Part shown: positions 54,135 through 64,000 of the stretch, piece after piece
How positions within the stretch are numbered: position 1 is the first letter of the stretch
How the letters are laid out: every line of letters begins with the position of its first letter
Assembly (NCBI RefSeq): GCF_006345805.1
Contig: NC_043017.1
Coordinates: 2,232,001 to 2,296,000 of the forward strand
Length of the DNA: 64,000 nucleotides
Source of the DNA: Octopus sinensis
Lineage: Eukaryota
Direction: 5' to 3'
Position numbers and translations under genes: made by a program
Notes under the pieces: model-generated
Databases searched by the model: none
The model's input: the letters and a program-made list of their open reading frames with translations, nothing else
Told to the model about the DNA's origin: nothing

Positions 54135-55123
54135 CATACACACATATATATACACACTAGCATACTTAAAACACATACACCATTGTGTTTTTTGGTCATC
54201 TGAGTTTTCTCTCTTCCTCTCTTTCTATCTCTCTCTCTCTCCACCCCTCTTTACCTGTCTTTCTCTCTACGTCTACACCGCCCTCATGAGTAGCCAACCG
54301 TGTTACTACTGACTACAAGCTACATTCTATTTTGGAGCACGACAATTCGAGTCACCTCAGAGGAGAGATTATTAATATTATTATTAATATTACAACAACA
54401 ATAGCAACAACAACACCCACTACTACAACTAATAATAATAATAATACAACAATTACTGCTGCTGCTGCTACTATTACTACTACTTTTACTATTATTTCGT
54501 TCAGACATAAAAATAATTAGCCAAGGAGGTGATAAATCCTCGGGCAGTTTTGCCAACTTACGTTCCAAATGAAGTAAGTTTTGAAAGTTATATGCGCTAA
54601 ATATAAGTTCTTTCTAGGCAGTGAATTCCTTAGATATGTATCTATGTACGTTTTTGAAATATGCCAAGTTCAAAGCGGAGAATTAATTCTCTATTAGAAA
54701 GCATTGTTCGGAGCAACATTGCATTATTTACAAGAGAAGAATGGTGATAGGTTAGAATATAAAATGAAAGAAAATAATCGAAAAAGGTACGTAAGAGAAA
54801 CTGATAAAATATTACTGTTGAAGTGTTAATATTGATTTTCGTTAAGAAGGCGACGCTACAGGCCGTGGAGGAAATTAATAATATCTAATAGATTATATGG
54901 TATTACATTCGATACAATTTTCACCAGAACCAGAGAAAATCCAATAACGAAACCAAGAGTTTGTTTCAACCAGTTAAGACTACAGGTAACTAGGAGAGAT
55001 GGCATATATACATACATACACACACACATACACACACATACACACACACAAATACACACACAAAAATACATATACATGTGTGTGCGTAAGCGTTTGTATG
55101 AGTGAGTATGTGTATGTGTGTAT

Positions 55124-55340
55124 AAGTCGGCGGGTTGGCAGAACCGTTAGCACACCGGGCGAAATGCTTAGCGGTATTTCGTGTGTCTTTACGTTCTGAG
55201 TTCAAATTCCGCCGAGGTCGACTTTGCTTTTCATCCTTTCGGGGTCAATAAATTTATTACCAGTTACGTACTTGGGTTGATCTAATCGACTGTCCCCCTC
55301 CTCCCAAATTTCTGGCCTTGTGCCTAGAGTGAAAAAAAAA
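55124..55340 (+). mobile_element. SINE family B, full length, tail 2
   Basis: Head, central domain and tail ccaaatttctggccttgtgcctagagtgaaaa. Confidence 0.9.
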
Positions 55341-55937
55341 TATATGTGTGTATATATATATGTATGCATGTGTGTATGATCCTGTCCATGTGTTTATGCA
55401 TGCATAGACACGTAACTGTATGTATGTATGTATCTATCTATCCATCTATCTATCTATACATGCACGTGGGATAGCTTTATTGACAACAACTTCGTGCTCT
55501 TTTCGGGGCTGTGGTTTATTCAAAATCCGAACTCTTTTACATCAAATATTAAACTCTATACTTGTATTGAATATCCAATTCCTTCAGTGATCATTATTTT
55601 AAACATAAAATTTACAAATTCTTAAATGCATCAACACACACAGCCATATTTTCTGCAGTATTTCTTATAGCGTTACCACAAGTTTCTGTTGACGATATCT
55701 CCAAGATGACGACTTAATCTTGACTGTGTGGCGTACATTGAAATTTCGCTGTAGCTTGCTATTTAACGCTGATTGAAGTTATGCTGCACGTGGAACAAAT
55801 CCCAGTTGTTGTGTAAGATGAAGATGTAAAGTAGAATAAAGTGTGGTATAGTAAAAAAAATGTGGTGTAGGCTACAGTTGTAGTGTAGTTCCCAACATCT
55901 ATAACTATAAGCAATATGATTCGGACATATATATATA

Positions 55938-56040
55938 TCTTTATTGCTCACAGAGGGCTAAACATACAGGGGAACAACAAGGACAGACAAAGAGATTAAG
56001 TCGATTACATCGACCCCAGTGTGTAACTGGTACTTAATTT
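55938..56040 (-). mobile_element. SINE family B tail-1 fragment
   Basis: gggctaaacatacagggg..caaggacagac..ttaagtcgattacatcgaccccag. Confidence 0.75.
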
Positions 56041-56861
56041 GACATTCAGCATAGGATACACCACAACACAAACTTTATCAAAAAGCAAACAACTATGATT
56101 ACATTAGGAAATAAAGAAGGGTTAATCGTGGAACCCAATGTATTCAACACAATTAATATAGAGCAAAACTGATCAAAATCACGCACTCACATCAATATAT
56201 TGCAGGAAAGTAAACAGCGGGTTTGAAAAAGCACAGAGATGAGAGCAAACCCAGAATCGCAAAGTGCAAACCAATTCACAGCCACAAAAAAAGGTCACAT
56301 CCATAACAGCGAATAAAAATATGACACCAAGCGGAGTTGTAAGAGTTCCTGCCAAAAGATCGTTGTGACTCGAAACTTTAGTCATGAATAAGTATTTAGT
56401 GAGTAAACTATATATATATACATATACACACAGACAGACACACACGTGTACATATATAAATATATGTACGTGTATGTATACATGTGTATGTGTGTGTACG
56501 TATGTGTGTACGTACTTATGCATGCATGTGCGTGTTTGTGTGTGGGTGAGTACAAATATGTGTGTATGAGGCTTATGTTCTTGGCAAGTAATTTGATGAG
56601 AAACTACGAAACCGAAGCAATTCTCTTGTGGGTGAAGTGAGTCATGATTTCCATTGAGGACATCCATGTGGCATTGTATTCACCATTCTTCTACATTCAT
56701 TAGATTATTTTAATATCCGCCTCTCTACATGTATATTCATATATAGATATCTATGCCCTTTCATACATGCATTCACACCAACATATGTACATACATATAC
56801 AACAGACTATATATAGACTATTATATTATATACATACATATTATATACATATATACATACA

Positions 56862-56898
<37 letters not shown>

Positions 56899-56928
56899 TT
56901 ATCTCTCTCTCTCTCTCTCTCCTCTATA

Positions 56929-57013
<85 letters not shown>

Positions 57014-57319
57014 TGTATGTATGTATATATGTATATATATGCTTGTATATGTGTATGTATGTTTGTATGTATCAATGTAATGTACGTGTATGTATATTTG
57101 TCGCTTTCGAATTAAACATAATTGCGTCTGTTTTAGTTTTTCTTTACATTGATGTTAGTATTGTTGTTCATAATGGTGCAATTTTTTTTTCATGTTGTCA
57201 CTAATATTATTGTGTCAGTTCCTTAATATATTTCAGTGTATGTCACTGTATATATTGTTATTTTTTTGTGTATGTATATTGTTCGTGATATATCATTGTG
57301 TATGCAGTTGTTATATATA

Positions 57320-57364
<45 letters not shown>

Positions 57365-57485
57365 GTACGTTGGCGTAATTTTTTTGCTTTTTTTTATGTT
57401 ATGGATGTTTTGTTCTGGAAGGTGAAATTACCAAATGTCAGATTCGAAACGAAATAATGCGAGGATTTCTATATTTATTGTACTT

Positions 57486-57561
<76 letters not shown>

Positions 57562-58243
57562 TAGATAATACATGGTAAGAATATATATATATATATGTAT
57601 GTATATGTATATATTTGTGTGTGAGTATGTTCATGTGTCGGTGAATATGTCTGTGCTTGTTAGTGTGTGTGTGTATGTGTGTGTCCTATTGTGTGTGTGT
57701 GTTATTGCACGTGCGTTTGTTTGATTGGAAAAACAGAATGTGATTACCTATTGTCGAAACAAGAGAGATGTTGTAAACTTGACCGGAGACGCCTCATCGG
57801 GGTCACATTTTGTATAGTTGCCATCTTTCAAAGAGATTTTCATCGTAATTATTTGCATCAATTTTCTTAGTTGGTTAAATCAAAGAGAAATATTTACCTT
57901 ACTTGTTATTATTTCTCTCTTAATTGTCAGCTACGATAAATAATGGAAATCGAATAGAAAAATTACATAAAAAACAAGTAAAAATAAAATAATCAGCCTC
58001 CAAATATATGTGTGTGTGTCTATATATATATATATACGTATATGCGTATGCGTGTATGCATGTATGTATGGATGGATGGATGTATTTAATGTACGTATGT
58101 ATGTGTCTATGTATATACATATATATATGTATGTATGTATGTATATATGTATCTATATATGGATTTATATATGTATTTATGTATGTATAAATGTATGTGT
58201 ACCTATATATATATATATATATATACACATACATATATAAACT

Positions 58244-58280
<37 letters not shown>

Positions 58281-58320
58281 TACATACATATATAAACATA
58301 TATATATTATAAATATATAT

Positions 58321-58356
<36 letters not shown>

Positions 58357-58458
58357 CATACATATATAAACATATATATATACAAATGTATATGTACATA
58401 TCGCATATATGTATTATTATATATGCATATATATCATATATATATATGCATATATATG

Positions 58459-58501
<43 letters not shown>

Positions 58502-59252
58502 ATATATATATGCACACACGAATCAAAAATCCAATTCAAAAACAAAAGACGAAAAAGTAAAATGTCTGTAGACTAGATTAAATACACCAAGTCTGTCTAT
58601 CAGAATATAGTAATCAAGATAACAATGCTATTTGTATTAAGTTCATTGAAAAGAGATTATCACGATATTGTCATAAAAATTACATTTTTTGGCATTAATC
58701 AATGTGTTATTGTTATAAACTAGACAGTCATGGAAAAATTTAACGCTAAAAACTGAACCCAGTAAGTTCCATTACGTACAAAGATCATAGTCAGAAGCGA
58801 ACGGCTTCATTATTTTTATATCAGTAATTATTGCCTAATTTCTAACGAGGTTTCAAATAATTCGTGGATGCACTAAAACGGCAGGTTATCGGGAAATTCT
58901 TCAACTGATCGCTGTTTCTATCACAAAGTGGCTCGCGCCATTTGTTCCTTTTTTAATTTCACCTAAACGCTGATTGTCTTCTTCTCATCGGGTTTCGATG
59001 AAATAAAGCACCAGTGAAGAACAAAATGCGATAAAATTGATAAACTTCTCCCAATTTTTTCTTGTTTTGTGCCAATATCAGTAAGGCTATATGTATCTAT
59101 ATATGTATATATGTATGTATTTATCAATGTATAAATATATATAAGTTCAGTAAAATTCAGATTCAGATGAATATGGTACTTAAGTTAAAGTCACCAGAAT
59201 TTTGTATGGTATTATCCATATAAATCAAATGAGGTGCTTATAATCAAAATAA

Positions 59253-59607
59253 GCAACAAGGATATCCGAGGAAGTGTAGTACAATCGTTTCAAGCTACTT
59301 CATTTTATTAAACGCTGTAAGTATTACATCAGTTTTAAAATGTCGAGCAATGTTAAGCCACATATAGAATTTTTTAATTAAATGGACAATGCACAATTTT
59401 ATACTTATTTCATTTTCCAACATTACTACTCTCTTTGTAATGTTGGCAAATGAATTAAGTATAAAAATGTGCATTGTCCATTTAATTAAAAAATTCTATA
59501 TGTGGCTGAAGATTGCTCGACATTTTAAAACTGATGTAATACTTATAGTGTTTAATAAAATGAAGTCGCATGAAACGATTGTACTACACTACGTTGGATA
59601 TCCTTGT

Positions 59608-59610
<3 letters not shown>
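59253..59610. mobile_element. Tail-to-tail inverted Penelope-like terminal repeat (about 174-bp arms, 10-nt loop)
   Basis: Arms at 59253-59426 and 59437-59610; hammerhead in each arm; (AT)n on the right; the outer end is also seen at 39017-39059. Confidence 0.8.
59501..59588 (+). ncRNA. Type-I hammerhead with a long helix II
   Basis: UGUGG-CUGAAGA-U-[UGC..GAC..AUUUUA / UAAAAU..GUC.GCA]-U-GAA-ACGAUUGU-A^CUACA; the mirror arm core is mutated to CUUAACA. Confidence 0.75.
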
Positions 59611-59640
<30 letters not shown>

Positions 59641-59645
<5 letters not shown>

Positions 59646-59844
59646 GGACAACGTTAGGAACACAAGGACACCTAAATCAATTAATGATTACATACTGAAA
59701 CACGAAAGAAAATACCAATGGAAGTATGCCATGACATGTTTGAGGTATCAGGAACCAAAGAGATTGAGCCTCGAAGGAGCAGCAGTAGAAAAACTAAAAC
59801 AGATTGTACACTTAGAAATAATGCCAGAACGAAAAGGAGAGTAA
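59641..59844 (+). mobile_element. Possible decayed RTE-type LINE C-terminal coding remnant
   Basis: 67 open codons with no in-frame start: LKDNVRNTRTPKSINDYILKHERKYQWKYAMTCLR... weakly resembles L.D..RN..IR..T...DI......KW.WAGHV.R. Confidence 0.3.
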
Positions 59845-60112
59845 TTTTTTTTTAAAGAGAGAGAGAGGGAAATATGCTTCAAAACAGAAAAGGAAAAATA
59901 ATTTCCCTGCTTACTGAAGTAGAAATCTCATAAGGAGAGATAAGAGTCACGGCGCACCCTTGCGAGAAAGAGGGTGGTACTATTTTTGTACCATTATTTA
60001 TTAATATGTCTTTCGGTTTCCATTGCTAATAGGCCACATATATTATATGTTTAGTATATTTTATTATTGTATTTAAACTATATATATACATATACATACA
60101 TACATACATACA

Positions 60113-60175
<63 letters not shown>

Positions 60176-61135
60176 TATATATATTCATACGCTGTCTCAG
60201 GCTGAGTTAACTTAAACGTGTGTTTGTTGTATATTCAACCACATCACAGATTAATTCAAGTTGTAGGGGGGTCATTAAATTGCTTAACAACTGAATGTCT
60301 ATTCGTGCACGTGCCTGTGTGCGTGCGCGTGTGCGCGTGCGTATGAATATGTGATGGTGTATTAATTCCTTCTACTGTTCCGGCATTGTTCAGTCTGTTT
60401 TGCAGACGTATGGTAAACGAGATTCTGCTAATTAAAGAAGTTCGAGGTTCTTTTCTTTCTCGTCGGGGATTAACAAAATAAACAAATGTAAAAAAACAAA
60501 AGCAAATAGTTGAACAATAGAAAAAAAAAGCGAAAATTTAAATAAATCCACCAAAAGAAATAGGAGGTGGTTGATAATCAGAGTTAGACGTGAGCTGAAA
60601 AGCCTGGAGTCATAAGCGATAACTCCGATTATATCAGAGAGGGAAAGGGATTTTTGTTGGAACACCAGAAGCTTGCTTGGAAACAAATGATCTAATTGAC
60701 GTGGTCTGACCATAATTGGTTGAAGATATCAGGAGAAGCAGGAAGGGACACGTGCACGCAAGAGTCTCGTTACCGCAGACAATGTCTCTGAGTGCATCAA
60801 CTTCCCTTTTCTTTCTTCAAGTTCTCATTCATTTCTTGCCTTCTTTTACCCACGGATAATCATATTTTTTTACAGTCAATATCAACAATAACTACATACA
60901 TGTGGGACACTGGGTTACAACAAATGAGAATACTAATAGAACCAGTTTGTTATTATCATTTAGTAGACTCATTATTATCACGTGCTTTAACTGCACTACC
61001 GAGCGCAGTTTTGTGTGCCTTGGGTATGTGCTGTGATGTTCTAATTTTCATTGTATTGAAAGTGTTTACGTAGGATGTGTACGGTGCCTAGTGGTGGTAT
61101 TTTCTCTATGTTATATATATATATATATATATATA

Positions 61136-61290
61136 TACAGGGAGAGTTTACGAAAAAAGCAAAAGACGAAGAGAGGTGGTGTACAAAACAAACAGATGTA
61201 TTAGTATAACGCTCAGGAATAGAAAAAGTCTTTTACGTTTCGAGCCTACGCTCTTCTACAGAAAGGGACACAGAAAAAACAAGGAGAGAA
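61136..61290 (-). mobile_element. Short Penelope-like fragment inside (TA)n
   Basis: (TA)n on both sides; homologous to 22195-22375; contains a hammerhead-like motif. Confidence 0.65.
61230..61265 (-). ncRNA. Hammerhead-like motif with A6U core variant
   Basis: CUUU-CUGUAGA-A-GAGC(GUAG)GCUC-GAA-ACGU-A^AAAG. Confidence 0.65.
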
Positions 61291-61293
61291 ATA

Positions 61294-61364
<71 letters not shown>

Positions 61365-61374
61365 CCTGTATGTC

Positions 61375-62170
61375 GTGGTATTTTTGTTATCTATTTGTCT
61401 GAATGTTGTTTTTTAACATACCTAATGCACCTGCTATCATAAGAATTGTTTGTTTTTAATCACCACATTCGAGTTACTTCTATTTCCAAATCGTTGTATT
61501 TCGAAATTTTCTCCGTTTCTTTGAAAGAAACATTGTCATCTGTTGGCATTGATACATCGATTAGAAAGCATTTTTGTCTTCGTGCTCTCTGACAACTATA
61601 TCCGGCCTATTGGTCTTAATTTTTCTATCTGTGTGTATTGGCATATCCCAGAATATGGCTGTTTTCTCATTTTCTGTGACCTTTTCTAACGTGTGCCTAT
61701 ACCATATTTTTTTGTTGTTATCCCATAGCAGTGAGGGCGCATGGCTTAGTAGTTAGAGTCGAGCTTACGATCGTGAGGTTGTAAGTTCGAATTCCTGACC
61801 GGGCTGAGTGTTGTGTTCTTGAGCAAGACACTTTATTTCACGTTGTTCCAGTTCACTCAGCTGTAGAAATGAGTTACGACGTCAAAGGTGCCAAGCTGTA
61901 TCGGCCCCTTTGCCTTTCCCTTTGTTAACACCGGACTTTTGACTAGGAGAGTACCTTTCTAGGCGCAATCCCATGATCAGTCAAGACCGAAGGGGTTCTC
62001 AGCGGGGTCTCATTCCATAGTGTCGTCATAGCTTCCAATGTATATATGTCTCAACTCTATCGTGTCTGTGAAAAGATTTCTTCTTATCAGGACTGGGCAG
62101 CCAGAGACTATATGATTTATTGTTTCTTCTCCATCACCACATATATCGCAGTTACTCATATTCCATTTCA
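61375..62170 (-). mobile_element. R4/Dong-clade LINE C-terminus (CCHC knuckle plus restriction-like endonuclease), split by a SINE
   Basis: CDICGDGEETINHIVSGCPVL...HWKL*RHYG|ITTKKWYRH...FWDMPIHTDRKIKTNRPDIVV...CFLIDVSMPTDDNVSFKETEKISKY.DLEIEVTRMW. Confidence 0.88.
61729..62011 (+). mobile_element. SINE family C inserted in the R4/Dong fragment
   Basis: A-box tggcttagtagttag, B-box gttcgaattcc, CORE-like ttcttgagcaagacactt; TSD atcccatag (61720-61728) and attccatag (62012-62020). Confidence 0.88.
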
Positions 62171-62674
62171 GTAAATGTGACATTAGCGTGATTTGAAACC
62201 ATAGCATTTTGGGTTTGGGAAAATACCATGAAACATTCTGTCCGAACATTTAACGATTCCGTCAGTTTTCATATTTAAAATTTTTCTTCGGGTCTTCAGT
62301 TGACAAGATTTCATCTACGTTGACATTAAGATGCCACGATATTATCGATGTTTGTTCAGGGATTAGCTTTCAGTTCAACAGATTTTTCACGCTACTTCCA
62401 TCTCCATCGGTGCCTAGGGACTTCTCACAGATTTATAGGTTTATTTCATGGGTTTGCTGGTATTTTGACTAAGCCAGTTTACTGACCAGTTGATTTCACC
62501 CAAACACATTAAATATTATGGTTGTATACTGTCAACTTAACGTGACAGTAGAGGATTACACCACTGCTGTTTAGCCCTAGGAAGCATCGACGCTTCCTGT
62601 CGGCTTCCACACACTTACTGTGTCCTTATATATTTACGAAGGAGAGACAAATACCCCCAAAAGCTAGGCCTGCA

Positions 62675-62721
62675 TCTAGAGACACGCATGTTTCAGGGTC
62701 TTTGCCCATCATCGGTCTAGA
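62675..62721 (-). ncRNA. Type-I hammerhead-like motif with U4C variant
   Basis: UCUAGA-CCGAUGA-U-GGG(CAAAGA)CCC-U-GAA-ACAUGCGUGU-C^UCUAGA: 6-bp helix I, 10-nt self-complementary helix III, GUC cleavage triplet. Confidence 0.7.
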
Positions 62722-63346
62722 GTAGCATAAGCCTGCTAGCTGTGGATATCTGTCTCGATTTCGTAAATATATATATCTAATTTTCAGTGAAGTATATTCA
62801 TCTTTATTTATTTTACTTATTTGTGTGTGTGTGTGCGCGCGCGCGCATGTGTATGTGTGTGTGTGTGTGTGTGATCGCTGAGTTTTCTTGTTTTATGTAC
62901 CACTGAGTCCTCAGATTCCCTCTAGCATTGGTTGGTTGCAAAACGTAGTTACAAGGTGTACAGTTGTACGATATCACCGTATGGATTCTTAACCAGGTTC
63001 TTCCAGTTCAGGAACCCTGCAGATTTCCAACGAGAAACAGACAACCCAGTAGTCACTTCAGAGAAAAGACAATATGAACAGGTTTAAAGTTATATACAAG
63101 TTATTTACAATATTTTCCAGTTTTATGATTAATAAAATATATAAATAATTTCTTAGTTGTTTGATAAAAGTTCTTTGGAGCTTCACTTCATGCCAGCCCA
63201 TGAAGTATTTGGACACTATCTACCGATAGATAGATAAATGAATAGAGAGAGAGAGAGAGAGAGAGAGAGATACAGACAGGCAAACAGACAGATAGACAGG
63301 GAAATAGATAGATAGATAAATAGATAGATAGATAAATAGATAGATG

Positions 63347-63414
<68 letters not shown>

Positions 63415-64000
63415 TAGCTATATATAGATATATGTAGATATATGTTTATAATATATACGCACATATTTTTATGTCTATGGGACTATTATAATTAGGGGTG
63501 CTTTCGTATATTGTACAGAGTATTATATAGGTGAGGTTGTTTGCATGCGTGTGCGTATCTGTGCTCGTACGCGCATATACACTCACCCACTCTCACACAC
63601 GTACATATTTCACACCCGCCGTTTCCACCAGACACATTAGACATATATATATATAGAGGGACATTATTAAATTACCCGAAGTTATCCCGTGAAAGGAGTT
63701 ATAAAAAATTACAAATCTAGCTGCTATGTTGTTGTCTTTTTGTTTTTTTTTTCTCATCAGACCACTTTCAGGAGTCCTTGTTACATGCAACAATAACCTG
63801 AAAATATATAATCAATTTAATTGTTCGGTTGTACAAACACGATTCAGCGGCGCTTACATGGATCATTCTTGAAACGAGAGAGATACAACGAAACTTACAC
63901 ACGAACACAGAGCCATGAAGAATTTCTCGTAAATTTGTCATGTAGATTGTGAAATGACGACTCGCAGAGGCTATAGAGTGTATAGCTCACTATGATGAAT

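Noticed and set aside
54847-54986. Candidate exon AG...CAG|GTAACT with 46 open codons
   Set aside because: The peptide is unrecognisable and no neighbouring exons support a gene; such signals arise by chance in 64 kb.

Overview
Eukaryotic, very repeat-rich, AT-rich DNA, most likely from an octopus (coleoid cephalopod). That assignment is an inference from the microsatellite density and from tRNA-derived SINEs resembling described octopus families. I found no supportable host protein-coding exon, tRNA, rRNA or CRISPR array; almost all listed ORFs are microsatellite or antisense artefacts. The window holds about 30 SINE copies from four families (called A-D here), decayed R4/Dong-like, CR1-group and possibly RTE LINE fragments, mariner, Tigger/pogo, hAT and piggyBac-like DNA-transposon remnants, and three long palindromes. 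The most notable signal is a set of minimal type-I hammerhead ribozyme motifs at seven loci from six sequence-distinct families; two of those loci also carry a mirror copy inside a palindrome. They have the self-complementary helix III typical of Penelope-like elements, several sit in (TA)n tracts, and some carry unusual core or helix-II variants. Also notable are SINE multimers joined by an identical junction at independent loci and a 555-bp element flanked by (AAT)n alongside Dong-like LINE remnants. All alignments and folds were done by eye, so element boundaries are approximate unless a TIR, TSD or helix fixes them.
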